The notes: generated by a model not told the origin, from the sequence alone. A stretch of DNA of 64,000 bases from Candidatus Thorarchaeota archaeon (GCA_963726195.1 CAVSBO010000008.1:96001-160000); one strand, 5' to 3'. Shown: positions 34,240 to 45,806, counted from the first letter of the stretch. Translations and numbers: made by a program.

Positions 34240-35303
34240 GCGAAGAACCAATGGAAATGATTGAGAAGTACTTGGAACGGGTTAGAATATACCTGCCCAT
34301 TGACAGTGAGGACACTCTGACAGAGATGAGGACTCACCTGATTCAAGAAGCGGAATCTATAGGCCAAGGTAAGCTTACCCGCGGTTCCGCAATGATGGCT
34401 ATTGAACGATTTGGCGATCCGAAGGATGCAGCGAACGAATATGCAGGCACGGGCAAGAAGGTAGGTCCGATACCTGCAGAGTACGTGCTTCCAACGGGCC
34501 GGATTCTGATGGGTCTCATGGCGCTTGCCATTGCATTTGGCATAGGTGCCTACTTCGTTGGGATTTCTCTATCCCGGTGGGGGCTTCCTATATTCGCCAA
34601 CTGGCCATTTAGTATCCCGTTGATGGTCGCATTGTGGGTTGGCGTTGCGGCAGTCGTCATTGGAGTGCTGACATTCTTCGACAGGTTCAAGGCGCCCACT
34701 GAGAAGACAACTCTTGAAGGAGTCTTGGGGGTAGGCACAGGCATATTCACCCCAAGGACACGCTTGGAAGCGATCGTCGAGTTCGTATTTGGACTGGTCT
34801 TTGCATTTGTCCTACTGCTGCCACAGGTTCGGGTATGTTTCGACCCTGCATATCTACCGGTTCTGAACGCGATTGTGATTCTGGTGGTACTTGGTGCTAT
34901 GAAGGGGCTTCTCTTCTCAAGATTCGGAGAGAACAACGTGAACCTCTTGTTAGAGGCCGTCCTCGCCGCAGCTACAATCGCATTGTGCATGGTGCTAGCG
35001 ACCACAGGATGGCCCATTGTTCAAGTCTGGGTAAACACCGGAGGGTGGTGGCATTTCTACTATCTATCAGATCTCTACAGTGAAATCAACTTCCTCGAAG
35101 CCATGTTCAACGGCATCTGGGCCTTCATAGTGTTCATCATAGCGGTTACAAGCTCTTGGCGGCTTGTGATTTCAGGAGCCAAGATCTCGATGTACATGAA
35201 GGCTGGAAAGGGTTGGTGGTGGAAAGGTACTTGGGGATCAAGACGCCATCCGACCTGGTCCAAGTGGTCGAGAAGACTCTTCGGCGGTCATTCAGATAGT
35301 TGA
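34236..35303 (+). CDS. PadR-associated membrane protein (HAAS-like N-terminus)
   Basis: IEKYL..E.R.HL..FGDPKDAA; several TM helices; ATGA overlap with padR. Confidence 0.7.
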   Translation: MSEEPMEMIEKYLERVRIYLPIDSEDTLTEMRTHLIQEAESIGQGKLTRGSAMMAIERFGDPKDAANEYAGTGKKVGPIPAEYVLPTGRILMGLMALAIAFGIGAYFVGISLSRWGLPIFANWPFSIPLMVALWVGVAAVVIGVLTFFDRFKAPTEKTTLEGVLGVGTGIFTPRTRLEAIVEFVFGLVFAFVLLLPQVRVCFDPAYLPVLNAIVILVVLGAMKGLLFSRFGENNVNLLLEAVLAAATIALCMVLATTGWPIVQVWVNTGGWWHFYYLSDLYSEINFLEAMFNGIWAFIVFIIAVTSSWRLVISGAKISMYMKAGKGWWWKGTWGSRRHPTWSKWSRRLFGGHSDS

Positions 35304-35473
35304 GCCACAAGACAGTCAGAGTGAGAGCCCATAGTTCACAGGACAATCGGGAAGAGCGCTTGGAGGGCGGTCTTCCCGTTTTCATTCTCTTGCGTCCGCT
35401 CGTAGCTTCAATTGTATACAGGAAACGCGCCGCAGGTTGGGTCCCGTTGTCCGTATCTGAGCTCCATCACAAT

Positions 35474-36124
35474 TCAAGGATACCTGCTCCGTATGTAGAG
35501 GCTGCATATTATCACTACGCCCCATAGCGAAAGAACTGCACCGACTGCATTGGTCCAGCCTTCGGGTCTGAAGATTGCAGGTATGACTGTGATTGGAATC
35601 ATGAAGAGAGCGCCGTCTGTGCCGCCCCATGAGTTTGGCTTGGTGAGACTGTGGTTGAAAAGGGCGTACTCGATGCCCATTCCCAAGCAGACATTCTCCC
35701 ACCCAGCTACAATTATCGGGACTATTTCGATCGTGCCCTGAATCATGACGTGCGAAGCATTCGCAACCTCAAGGTAAGGTATAGATGAGTACAGGCCCGT
35801 TACGCTAACCTCACTATCCGGGTCGTTGGCCGGCGTAAATGTAGCCTCGATTCGGTTGATGGCTAAATCCATCGGCGTGTGACCCAGAACGTGAAGGGAG
35901 ATGTTGAAGAAAATGTACGTGGGCACAGATTCGTACATTGCTGGATATGTCCCGATGGTAATGTTCCCGACCAATGGATCGTTTATGTACTGCAAGTCCT
36001 GAGTACTGGAGACTTCTCCTCTTTGAGTCGTGTAGTATATCTGGTTTGTCCAAGCTGACATAGCTAGGAGCACGACAGTCAATATGACTAGGGCTGTGAA
36101 GACTCCGTAGAGCATCTTTCGCAA
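35474..36124 (-). CDS. Hypothetical membrane-anchored protein
   Basis: N- and C-terminal hydrophobic helices. Confidence 0.6.
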   Translation of the reverse strand: MRKMLYGVFTALVILTVVLLAMSAWTNQIYYTTQRGEVSSTQDLQYINDPLVGNITIGTYPAMYESVPTYIFFNISLHVLGHTPMDLAINRIEATFTPANDPDSEVSVTGLYSSIPYLEVANASHVMIQGTIEIVPIIVAGWENVCLGMGIEYALFNHSLTKPNSWGGTDGALFMIPITVIPAIFRPEGWTNAVGAVLSLWGVVIICSLYIRSRYP

Positions 36125-36352
36125 TTCTCCCTATCCCCAGATGACTGATGCCCCTGCCAAGTATTAAGAGTTGTGCGCCATTCAAGCTGGGCAGGTACTG
36201 TACTAGCAGAGCCATTACAGTATTCGGACCAGAGTTACTCGGACTTGCACATCAATGGGCAGTTTTATTGCTTGGAATGAGAACAGCAATACCCTAGTTC
36301 TCACAGCTTCCTCATTGCTGTTCAGGAACGAAGATGATAGGACAAGAGACAA

Positions 36353-37273
36353 ATGTCAAGCAGAAAGACACCATCTTACGAAATCAAGACCTTCGAAGAG
36401 AAGTTCATTGATGAACAGGCCCGAATCGGAATCGATGCAACCAAGAATTGGACCGCATACCGTCAGACTCCTGCCGAAGAACTGAAGAAGACCTATTCGG
36501 GACCTGATTTCGATCCCAACACAAGGTTCTACGCTTTGTTGAACGGAGAACTGGTTGGCTTTCTGACGTCTTCCATTGTCGGGGGAATCGGGGAGAAGAC
36601 AGCAATCATGAGGCTCCCACTTGTCAAGAAAGGACATGAACCGGCAGAAAAGGTGCTCATGGACTATGCACTCAAGGCTCTAGGGGGGAAGCACGTACTG
36701 CTTCTCACGACTGAGGTCGCGAAGGGATGGCATACTTGGGAAGCACTCCTCAAGAAGTACAGGTTCGAAGATGTCGGAATCTCCTCCTACATCGTGGACA
36801 AGACTATCTCATCATTGAATTTGTCCAGTCTGCCAGTTCCTACTGGTGTGGGAGAGTACGAACGTGAATGGGACCGCGAAACTTTCTGTACCATGCTGAC
36901 TGGTACCGGAATGCCCGCAGAACGGACAAAGGCGCTTGTTGACCAATATGAGTCAGGCGCGAAGGGATCGTACTTTAGGAAAATCGTAGTGGTCCGGAAG
37001 GAAAACAAAACAGTAGCAGCCTCGGCTTTGACAGTCCCCGACAATGAACCTGAAGTGGCACGTGTCATGAGAATCATGACGCTCCCGGGCGTCGACCTGT
37101 CTGATGTCGGCGGGAGAATCATCAGGAAGCTGATTGAATCCGCTGCGAAGGACGGTCTGAAACGATTCCGCATTTCATTGATTCCTGACGATGTCAAAGC
37201 GTACGATGGGATACTGTCCCACTTGAGAGTGGAGGCTGTGCCCTTCATACATTCTTACAGAAAGCGGCTCTAG
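36353..37273 (+). CDS. Divergent tandem GNAT-fold protein
   Basis: 306-aa ORF, RFYALLNGELVGF, two GNAT-like halves. Confidence 0.55.
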   Translation: MSSRKTPSYEIKTFEEKFIDEQARIGIDATKNWTAYRQTPAEELKKTYSGPDFDPNTRFYALLNGELVGFLTSSIVGGIGEKTAIMRLPLVKKGHEPAEKVLMDYALKALGGKHVLLLTTEVAKGWHTWEALLKKYRFEDVGISSYIVDKTISSLNLSSLPVPTGVGEYEREWDRETFCTMLTGTGMPAERTKALVDQYESGAKGSYFRKIVVVRKENKTVAASALTVPDNEPEVARVMRIMTLPGVDLSDVGGRIIRKLIESAAKDGLKRFRISLIPDDVKAYDGILSHLRVEAVPFIHSYRKRL

Positions 37274-37307
37274 GTACGGAGCAGGCGTGATTGGACAAAG
37301 TGACAAG

Positions 37308-37571
37308 TCAGACTTGGACGGCTGTCCCCTCTTTCGTCCAGTCAAGCTGCCATTGGATGGCCATCCTCTTTGTCATCCTATTGCACTGCCAATAAAACGC
37401 ATAACAAATCGCAATGAAGCAAACTGCCAAGAAGAGAAACAACACAGTCTTGCAGGTCAACGGCCAGAGAGTGATGACCAATACCGCAATTGAGAGTGCC
37501 AAGAATAGTACAGCGACTTCCAGCCGATTGACCCGTTTGGCAAGATTCTCGATGCTGTCCTCCTTGGCCAC
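37308..37571 (-). CDS. Small membrane protein
   Basis: 87 aa, two TM helices, GGAGG SD-like site. Confidence 0.55.
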   Translation of the reverse strand: MAKEDSIENLAKRVNRLEVAVLFLALSIAVLVITLWPLTCKTVLFLFLAVCFIAICYAFYWQCNRMTKRMAIQWQLDWTKEGTAVQV

Positions 37572-37716
37572 ATGAAATCCTCCCGCTCACGCATGTGTCA
37601 ATAGTGGACCCCACAAGGTGTGCAGGTATTTGAACGTTTTCGCCAGAGGAGAGGATGAGATCAGTGGTCAGGCCAATCAGAAACAAGTGCGGAGCTAACT
37701 GTTAAGTGAGAGTCGA

Positions 37717-38514
37717 ATGAAAGCCTCACCCATGAATGAGACCCTGAAGGTAATCGATGATCGAAAATCCTTGAGAGGGTATGACCCCCGACCCATCAGT
37801 AAGGAGCACAAGGACTGGATTATCCACAGCGCTATCCGTGCACCCACTGCGGGTGACATGATGCACTATTCGATTATCGAGGTGGCAGACCAAGAGAAGA
37901 AGAACCAGTTAGTCAAGACATGCGACAACCAGCCCTTCATCGCAAAGGCCCCTCTTGTACTGCTGTTTCTTGCGGACTTGCAGAGATGGTATGACTTCTT
38001 CGAGTGGTCACGCGTACCAGAGATGTGCGAAGCTCGCCATATCGAATACTCGACCCCTCAGGAATCTGACTTATTACTTGCCTGTTGTGATGCATTGATC
38101 GCTGCAGAGAATGCTGTGATTGCAGCCGAGTCGTTAGGGATAGGCTCATGCTACATTGGTGATATAATGGAAAACATAGAGATCCATAGACAGATGTTTG
38201 ATCTGCCGAGGTGGGTCTTCCCGATTGCGCTCCTCTGTTTCGGTTATCCGACGAAACATGAGACCAGCCGCAAGAAGACGCCTCGTTTCCCTGAGAGCTT
38301 TGTTTACTTCAAGGACAAATACTCCCGCGTGGATTGCCGGCCGTTCGACAATATGCTGTTGGAGCACTTTGGAAAGTCGGACAGCTCCTATGGAGATGCT
38401 CAGAACACAGGACAGGGTGTGTACCTGCGAAAGACAGGCTCGACGTTTGCTGCAGAAATGCGCCGTTCTGTCAAGGTCGCGTTGAAGGATTGGACTGAAA
38501 AGCCGTTCCATTGA
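37717..38514 (+). CDS. Nitroreductase/NADPH-flavin reductase (NfrA-like)
   Basis: RKSLRGY, RAPTAG, DALIAAEN..AAESLGIGSCYIG. Confidence 0.9.
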   Translation: MKASPMNETLKVIDDRKSLRGYDPRPISKEHKDWIIHSAIRAPTAGDMMHYSIIEVADQEKKNQLVKTCDNQPFIAKAPLVLLFLADLQRWYDFFEWSRVPEMCEARHIEYSTPQESDLLLACCDALIAAENAVIAAESLGIGSCYIGDIMENIEIHRQMFDLPRWVFPIALLCFGYPTKHETSRKKTPRFPESFVYFKDKYSRVDCRPFDNMLLEHFGKSDSSYGDAQNTGQGVYLRKTGSTFAAEMRRSVKVALKDWTEKPFH

Positions 38515-38634
38515 TGGTCCACAGGCTGAGCATTCGGTAACTAAAAATGGCACGCATCATACGGACCAACGCCGTTGGACTTCAAGAATCCACTATGCTT
38601 GAAGCGCCTAGGCAGTTCAGGAAACTCGAACCCC

Positions 38635-40422
38635 ATGAAAGGAATGCACAACAAGCTGCTGTCAATTGACCTATCAACTGAATCATCTGAGGAAACCAAC
38701 ATAGATGACAGCATACTTGCCGACTATCTTGGAGGTCGAGGACTCGGAGTCCAGTTGTTCACATCCGTCGTAGATGCTAAGACTGATCCGCTATCCGCTG
38801 ACAACCGTCTCGTTTTCGCAACCGGCCCTCTGACCGGGTCGATTGTCCCTACAAGTGGCCGCTTCTCGCTTGTCACGAAATCTCCACTGACTGGGCTGAT
38901 TCTTTACTCTAACACAGGAGGCAATGTCGGGCCTGCTCTGAAGAGCACGGGCTATGATGGTCTAGTCATAACCGGACGACTCGCAGAACCCAGCTACCTG
39001 CTGATCTCAGAGACCGGAGAATCGCTGTTTGTGCCTTGTGAGGACCTTTGGGGTCTCGATACTCAGGAAACTCAGAGCAGACTCGTATCGGCAATCAGTG
39101 GCCGGTTCCATACATTAATGGTTGGTCCGGCTGGAGAGAACGGGGTTCTGTTCGCTTCCATTATGAATGACGGCAATCATCGCGCCTTTGGTCGGGGTGG
39201 GTCAGGAGCTGTCATGGGCGCCAAGAACCTGAAGGCCATCGTAATCAAAATGGGCAAGGCAAGACCCGAGATCGACAAACCGGAATTGCTCTCGACTTAC
39301 GTGAAGTCCGCCCGAGACAAGATGAAGGTCGCTCCAATCACGAACTCATCTCTCCCCACGTTCGGAACGGCGGGTCTGGTGAATATAATCAATGAACTCG
39401 GCATGCTAGGAATCCGGAACTTCCAAGTTGGGTATTCAGAAGAAGCAGAGAAACTCAGCGGTGAAGCAATTCGAGATGAGATATTCCAGAAAGAGGAAGG
39501 ATGCCATGCCTGTCCAATTCGTTGTGGCAGGATGACGAAGACAAGAACAATGAACGGCAAAGGTCCCGAGTTCGAATCCACCTTGCTTGGGATGCTCACA
39601 TGCATATTCGATCTTGAAACGGTTGCTGAGGCGAACTACTACTGCAACCTCCTCGGTCTGGACACAATCTCGACCGCTGGAACCATCAGCTGCGCGATGG
39701 AGCTACAAGAAAAGGGTGCTCTTGCCGATGACAGGATTCAGTTCGGAAACAAGGAACTTCTGATTCCTTTGGTGCAGGACATCGCATACAAACGTGGAAT
39801 CGGAGAGGAACTGGCTTCCGGGTCTGCCCGGCTAGCAGCAAAACATGGTATGCCCGATGTGGCGATGCATGTCAAGTCGATGGAACTTCCCGCTTACGAT
39901 CCCCGCGGAGCTCTTGGTCATGCGTTAGGATATGCTACGTCGAACAGAGGTGGGTGTCACTTAACAGGGTACTTGGCCGCAATGGAAGTGTTCGCGGCGC
40001 CGAAGAAAATTCCACGAGCCAGCGCGGGCAGTAAGGCCGACTTGTTAGTACTGAAGCAACATCAGAGTGCTGTCGAAGACAGTCTCGTTGTCTGCAAATT
40101 CGCGGGCTTTGCCCTTGGGTTTGATTTCTATTCTAGGTTCGTAACTGCTGCAACTGGCGAAGACTTCAACATCACTCGCCTGATGAGAATAGGCGAACGA
40201 ATCTACAATCTCGAGAGGCTATTCAACGTGAAGGCGGGGCTCACAAGGAAGGACGATACCCTACCAAAGCGATTTTTGACAGAGCCCCTCAGCGAAGGGC
40301 TATCGAAGGAAAGAACTGTGCCGCTGGAATCAATGCTTGAAGACTACTACAGACTCAGGGGTTGGGGCAAAACAGGTATTCCTTCAAAATCAAAGCTGGA
40401 CGAGCTCGGAATCACATCGTAG
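38635..40422 (+). CDS. Tungsten aldehyde:ferredoxin oxidoreductase family protein
   Basis: YLGGRGLG, GPAGE, GRGG.GAVMGAKNLKA, CHACPIRC, RGGCH, DTLPKRF. Confidence 0.95.
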   Translation: MKGMHNKLLSIDLSTESSEETNIDDSILADYLGGRGLGVQLFTSVVDAKTDPLSADNRLVFATGPLTGSIVPTSGRFSLVTKSPLTGLILYSNTGGNVGPALKSTGYDGLVITGRLAEPSYLLISETGESLFVPCEDLWGLDTQETQSRLVSAISGRFHTLMVGPAGENGVLFASIMNDGNHRAFGRGGSGAVMGAKNLKAIVIKMGKARPEIDKPELLSTYVKSARDKMKVAPITNSSLPTFGTAGLVNIINELGMLGIRNFQVGYSEEAEKLSGEAIRDEIFQKEEGCHACPIRCGRMTKTRTMNGKGPEFESTLLGMLTCIFDLETVAEANYYCNLLGLDTISTAGTISCAMELQEKGALADDRIQFGNKELLIPLVQDIAYKRGIGEELASGSARLAAKHGMPDVAMHVKSMELPAYDPRGALGHALGYATSNRGGCHLTGYLAAMEVFAAPKKIPRASAGSKADLLVLKQHQSAVEDSLVVCKFAGFALGFDFYSRFVTAATGEDFNITRLMRIGERIYNLERLFNVKAGLTRKDDTLPKRFLTEPLSEGLSKERTVPLESMLEDYYRLRGWGKTGIPSKSKLDELGITS

Positions 40423-40434
40423 GAGTGGAATGAA

Positions 40435-41050
40435 ATGACGATAGACGAAGAGACCTTTCATATCTTCCAGAAGGTGGGAAAGGAAATCCTCATTCGAAAT
40501 CTGGGATCGAGTCATTCAGGGAACATCTCAATCCGGTCTGGCGGTAAGATCATCATAAAGAAGCGAGCGGCCATGCTCGGATGGCTCGAACCCGAAGACC
40601 TGATTGAGTGTGGCCTGGAGAAAGATGACTCGTCATCACTGCTTGCAAGCACGGAGCTAGGTGTTCACCGTGCCATCTACCTACAGACCGACGCAATGGC
40701 CGTTGTCCACACACACTCTCCCTACAGTGTGGTCCTCAGTATGATTGAGGACGAAATCACCTGCATCGATGCAGAAGGAGTATTCCTGTACAAGAAGGTA
40801 CCAGTCGTGGAACTCAATGTTCCTTCAGGATCTTCTGAAGCGGGCAGAGAAGGTGCCTCCTTTGTTGAAGAACTACCCTGCATGCATCGTCAGGAGTCAT
40901 GGCATATTTGCGAAGGGAATCACACTGGAAGATGCTCTTCAGAATGCAACCGGGGTCGAATTCTCGGCACAGGTTCGATATCTTACAATGCTGACGGGCC
41001 GGCCCCTGAAAAGAGACTACAGCAAGGAGAAAGACTTCGGGAGCTGGTAA
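40435..41050 (+). CDS. Class II aldolase (FucA-like), frameshift near 40830
   Basis: SGNISIR, ASTELGVH, VHTHS, then IVRSHGIFA in the shifted frame. Confidence 0.85.
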
Positions 41051-41082
41051 CCAAGACGACGGAGAGCCGACAGTGATAGTAC

Positions 41083-41529
41083 CTAACGCTTGTCTCTCCA
41101 GCACGGAAGGTTACTGCGTGCTACCACGAAACGAGCAGGTGGCCTGTTTGTGCAGAAGCAGTACCATACTGTGTTCAGAACTCGGGTACTAGTGGCAAAA
41201 TAGCACTTGCGACAGTTCTTGATGGGCTCAATACGACTCTCTCTGAGGCCTGCCTTCTCTTCTAGTTTCACTAAGCCTTCTTCAATCTCTTCGTTAAGAT
41301 AATACAACCCCGGTACCAAGTACTCAGCATCAGAGTCGCATCTTGGCTCTGGATCACTTCTGTGAGCCTCAATCTTGAGCCTGAGGTTCCTCTTTGTTAT
41401 CTGGTCAAGATACTCTTGGTCTTCCTCCGTCCACCTGTAGATTGGATTGGGAGGAGGCGGCTCTTCTGGTTCTTTGAAACGCTTGATGTATCTGTCCAAG
41501 AGACGCATCTCTTTGCGCGGAACTCTCAC
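41083..41529 (-). CDS. Hypothetical protein with Cys cluster
   Basis: CRKC..CFC..C; 148 aa. Confidence 0.55.
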   Translation of the reverse strand: MRVPRKEMRLLDRYIKRFKEPEEPPPPNPIYRWTEEDQEYLDQITKRNLRLKIEAHRSDPEPRCDSDAEYLVPGLYYLNEEIEEGLVKLEEKAGLRESRIEPIKNCRKCYFATSTRVLNTVWYCFCTNRPPARFVVARSNLPCWRDKR

Positions 41530-41859
41530 AATTACCCCTGCCTATCTTTCAACAATCGCTCTTTATTGGGACGGACAGTCGTTGGACTCGCACTCTCATA
41601 GACTGATGTCCTTCAGATTGGAGACTGCCCCAACCTCACAGTCGTCCCGTGAGACCATCCTTCCTTCCTAGTTATGGGTTTTTCGCTTGAGTGTTCAAGC
41701 CTGCAGTCTGCTTACTAGATGACCCGACTATTCGAATCATTGTGCGACCAAGCTGTCAACACTGCCACATGAACTTCGCACGGTCCCCGCAAGTAAGGTG
41801 ATGGAGGTCGCTTTATATCAATAAGGTTGGCCCAAACCGGCTAGGGGCAAGCAGTACTG

Positions 41860-42801
41860 ATGACGAGACCTGTGACATACTACCTGCTACTAACAATGAC
41901 CATGGCCATTTGGGGCGGAGGATGGGTAGCCAAGAAAATCATGGTCTCGATTGTGACCCCATTCATGGCAGGTTTCTTGCGATTTGGTATTGGAGGCCTG
42001 CTTCTTTCCATGCTCTTACTAGACAAACATGAGCTTCCCAAGAGACCGATCAATCGGTCGTTCGTCGGATTGGTTCTCGCGATTGGAGTGCTTGGCATCT
42101 TCGTCTATGCAACGTTTGAATTCGTCGGGGTAGGTTTGTCCACAGCGGCTCAAGGCTCCATCATAGACGGTTTGTGCCCGACAAGTATCACCATATTCGC
42201 CTTCTTGATTCACAGAGAGACCTTCGGCAACAAATGGCGATATCTGGGAATTCCATTGAGCTTCCTAGGGGTTGTGTTCGTGGTTGGAGTCCAAGCCCTC
42301 ATCAAGTTCAGCCCTGAGTACTTCCTAGGCGATATGGTTCTCATAGCCGGGGCATTTCTATGGGGCTTCTATTCTTCTCTCGTGAAACAGGGACTGAAGT
42401 ATACGACTCCGTTGAAGCTTACGACTGGAGCGGTTCTCGTGGGTGCCACGCTTTTCGGGCTGTCGTCTTTCCTCGAAGAGTCGCTGAACATGTTGATGTC
42501 AGTTCCTGCAATCGTATGGTTCTGTGCCTTGTATCTCGGAGCAGGATCAACCTTCGTGGGATTCGTAATCTATTACTGGGGAATTAAGAATCTGGGCGCA
42601 ACAAGGACTGGTATCTTCCTGAACCTCGTTCCGGTCTTTGGGACTGTGTTTTCGGTACTGGTCTTGGGCGAAGACATATACTGGACATTTCTGCTCGGGC
42701 TCCTCCTTGTAGTGGTTGGGGTCATTATGATTAACTTCCCCGAGAGGAAAGCCGAACCTGCTGGCGGCGTCTGGCCTATTGAGAACCTGTCTCAAGGATG
42801 A
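41860..42801 (+). CDS. DMT/EamA family transporter
   Basis: IWGG, FLRF, about 10 TM helices, NLVPVFG. Confidence 0.9.
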   Translation: MTRPVTYYLLLTMTMAIWGGGWVAKKIMVSIVTPFMAGFLRFGIGGLLLSMLLLDKHELPKRPINRSFVGLVLAIGVLGIFVYATFEFVGVGLSTAAQGSIIDGLCPTSITIFAFLIHRETFGNKWRYLGIPLSFLGVVFVVGVQALIKFSPEYFLGDMVLIAGAFLWGFYSSLVKQGLKYTTPLKLTTGAVLVGATLFGLSSFLEESLNMLMSVPAIVWFCALYLGAGSTFVGFVIYYWGIKNLGATRTGIFLNLVPVFGTVFSVLVLGEDIYWTFLLGLLLVVVGVIMINFPERKAEPAGGVWPIENLSQG

Positions 42802-42881
42802 CGGCTCTTGATTGTGTTGCTGAACGCCCGCGCTGGCTCAGATGATCGCTGCGTGAGTAGGCACATTCATTTCTCAGCTGG

Positions 42882-43838
42882 ATGTTTTTGGCGTCGGCGT
42901 TGTTTGGCATGAATCCCACTGGCGACCAGCTTTTTAGACCACTGAGAGAGCGCGGCTACAGACTGAGGATGGTATCTGCGGAGCACATCTCCTCGTTGAA
43001 ACAGGAAATTGAGGCGCGCAGCAAACAGGGTGAACTGGATCAAGAGTTCTACACCCAGCGTCTTGCTTGGTTCAAATTCGAGTTGCCCGAGCAGCTGAAA
43101 GACGCGCAGTCAATCATTGTCGTTGCAGTTCCTCGACCACAGACCCAAGCAACTTTCACTTGGAAGGGACGAAGGAGATCACTCGTACTTCCACCTACAT
43201 ATACAGCCTATGACAAGATCACTCAGCAGATTGAAGCTCTATTGGGCGAACTCCTTGGAAAGAAGGGTTATCGAATAGTTAGGACCGGTCTGCCGCTGAA
43301 GCTCTTGGCAGCGCGTAGCGGTCTGGTCCAATATGGCCGGAACAACATTACCTACGTGCATAAGATGGGAAGCTTCCTTCAGCTTGTTGCAGTCTACTCC
43401 GACATGCCCTGTGTTCAGGACTCATGGCAAGAGCCTGAAATGATGGCTGCCTGCGAATCATGCGAGCTGTGTCGCAAAGCATGTCCGACGGGTGCCATTC
43501 CGTCTGACAGGTTTCTCTTGCATGCAGAACGTTGTATCGTCTTTCACAACGAGCGGCCGGGCAATATACCATTTCCAACTTGGATGAATCCATCATGGCA
43601 CAACTGCATCGAGGGCTGCCTGCACTGCCAAAGAGCTTGCCCGCTCGACCGGAAATTCATGAAGTGGATTGAGGATGAAGAGGAATTCTCAGAGGAAGAG
43701 ACAACCATGATCCTGAACGGAGTCGACCGTGAGGAACTGCCAGACGAGACAGTGAAAAAACTGGAGCATCTTTCGATTCTTGAGGACCTTAACTTACTGC
43801 CGCGTAACTTGGGCGTCTTCTTCTGGGAGCACACTTAG
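42882..43838 (+). CDS. QueG-like 4Fe-4S double-cluster protein
   Basis: PLKLLAARSGL..YGRNN, CESCELCRKACPTGAI, GCLHCQRACP. Confidence 0.8.
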   Translation: MFLASALFGMNPTGDQLFRPLRERGYRLRMVSAEHISSLKQEIEARSKQGELDQEFYTQRLAWFKFELPEQLKDAQSIIVVAVPRPQTQATFTWKGRRRSLVLPPTYTAYDKITQQIEALLGELLGKKGYRIVRTGLPLKLLAARSGLVQYGRNNITYVHKMGSFLQLVAVYSDMPCVQDSWQEPEMMAACESCELCRKACPTGAIPSDRFLLHAERCIVFHNERPGNIPFPTWMNPSWHNCIEGCLHCQRACPLDRKFMKWIEDEEEFSEEETTMILNGVDREELPDETVKKLEHLSILEDLNLLPRNLGVFFWEHT

Positions 43839-44085
43839 GCGGGTTTTCAATGATGCGCAACGCTTGAACAAGAAGGAACTATTCGGAGATTCAAAGTTGG
43901 GCGAAATAACGCGGTGCATCTGATGTACTGAATCATCTTGTTTCTGATGGTTCACACATCTCTCTATCTAGTGAGATACCTCAGGGACGAGAAGATTAAA
44001 CTGCGCTCTAAGTGGCCCGGCCAGACCAGTGTGGCAAGATTCATCAGGGCAGCGTGTTCATACGACAACATCGACGGTGGTTCTC

Positions 44086-44310
44086 TTGACATGCTACTTC
44101 AGGATCATGAAAGGTCTCTTTGACGAGATTGGAGTGGAAATCACGCCCCAGAATAAGCATGAAATCGATTTGCGGATACACAAGCTTGTAGGCGTGGACT
44201 ACAAGGACTGCCCCTCCACTGGGAGAGAAGTGAAGAGGCGAATGACAGAGGACAGGGCGGCCTTTGCCGCGAGTCTTCGGGCGGCCTTGTCTGGTCTGAC
44301 TCGCGGATGA
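44086..44310 (+). CDS. Small hypothetical protein
   Basis: TCYFR..D..IH..VGV.YKDCP; TTG start assumed. Confidence 0.55.
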   Translation: MTCYFRIMKGLFDEIGVEITPQNKHEIDLRIHKLVGVDYKDCPSTGREVKRRMTEDRAAFAASLRAALSGLTRG

Positions 44311-44404
44311 ATTCACTAGATAATAGCAGAATGGTGCGGGAGGACGATTCGACTATACGATACGTCCACTGTGCTTTTTTATTCTTAGAAGTTGATTGTT
44401 TACT

Positions 44405-45747
44405 ATGCACGCTTGCAGATATAGCGTAGCTTCAGTCCTGCTTCTCGCTGTACTGTTAGTGCCGATTAATGCTGCAACATCCGTCGCGGCGTATACGACC
44501 GGACAAGAGGCGGGCAGTCTTTGGCCACACATTCAGCGAGGACTACTGGACGAATAGCTCGATTCCAATCAAGACGGCAGATGCGAACGCCACTCTCACT
44601 ACATCCTTCGTGCATGTAGGAGAGTTTCAGGCGTTTCTCATAGCCTTCAATGAAATCAACGTAACCGGCGGCCAGACAATCGTATTGCCGTATCAGCTCT
44701 TCGGGATGCATTACAAGACTCCTGAGAACAAGGAAGTTTTCATCGGTGCCGTATTCGCATTCCTGCTTGTTCACAACGAGACTTACGGCTCAAACAATCT
44801 CCCTGATATCGGTCACGAAGCCGCCTGGTACATCGTTCCCATAACCTCGAACAGTCCGTGGAACGTGACAGCAAAGGTCGAACCCATCCCGGCAACCCTC
44901 GTCGAACCTAACCACTATCGCTTCGGCATGCGCTACATCAACATGACCGCAAGAGTGGTGAGTGCGACTGGCGGCTTTTGGGCGTCGCTTCTTCTTCCAA
45001 TCGTGACTGTGCTGTTCAGCGAGATTACCATCCAGTATGACATCACAATTTCGTCAAATGGTACTGTGAAGGCACAGACTCTGTATACCCTTGGACAGGT
45101 AACTCATGCTCGTATCTTGGGCTTTGAGGTACCCCCTTCAAGCATAATTCAACCCACAATGGAGATCAGCGCTGTTCACTACCTTGCAGTCTTCACCAGC
45201 AAGTACAACGTTACAAGAAGCACTGACGGCACCAAGTTGGTTCCGCCCACTGCGACGACTCCATTGACTGGAAACATCTCAATCAGGGTGGGTAATGACA
45301 GTGAACGTGCCTTTCACATAGGTCTTGGAGAGACCTACGCACTCTACAACGAGAACCACAAACCCATGGACTCTAGTGGGCGCAAACTATCAGGCTCTCA
45401 ACTGTCTTCTTGGAGCAAGGGGAAGCGACTTCCTCCTGATTGCATGGCAGGCTCCTCTCTCAGCATTTCTGTTCGCACACATGGCATATGGTCTCTCCAC
45501 TCAGCTGAGGGCGACCTACTCTAGCGTTCAAGACATGGCCAACCATGTCGGGACTGCCTTCCACAACGGTCAGTGGTGGTACGCTGTCACATTCCCCACA
45601 TGGCATGGACTGCGCGTACAACAGGATCCAACCTATGTTGCATACACCAACCTTGGAAACAGCCAGACTGGCGGTTCAGGGATTATTGTCGTGGCAGTCA
45701 TTGTGATTGCTGTTGTTGCCTTGGTTGTGTTTGCGAGAAGACGCTGA
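44405..45747 (+). CDS. Secreted cell-surface protein with C-terminal TM anchor (two frameshifts)
   Basis: Signal peptide from 44405, ORFs 44469-45524 and 45325-45747, ends QDPTY..TM..RRR. Confidence 0.65.
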
Positions 45748-45762
45748 AGTCTTCCTAGATGA

Positions 45763-45806
45763 CAGCAGGAGAGGGCTCGTGAGGCCTTCTCTCCTCTTTC
45801 TTTTTC
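45763..45806. terminator. Hairpin and T-tract between convergent genes
   Basis: AGGAGAGGGC...GCCTTCTCTCCT then TTTCTTTTT. Confidence 0.5.
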
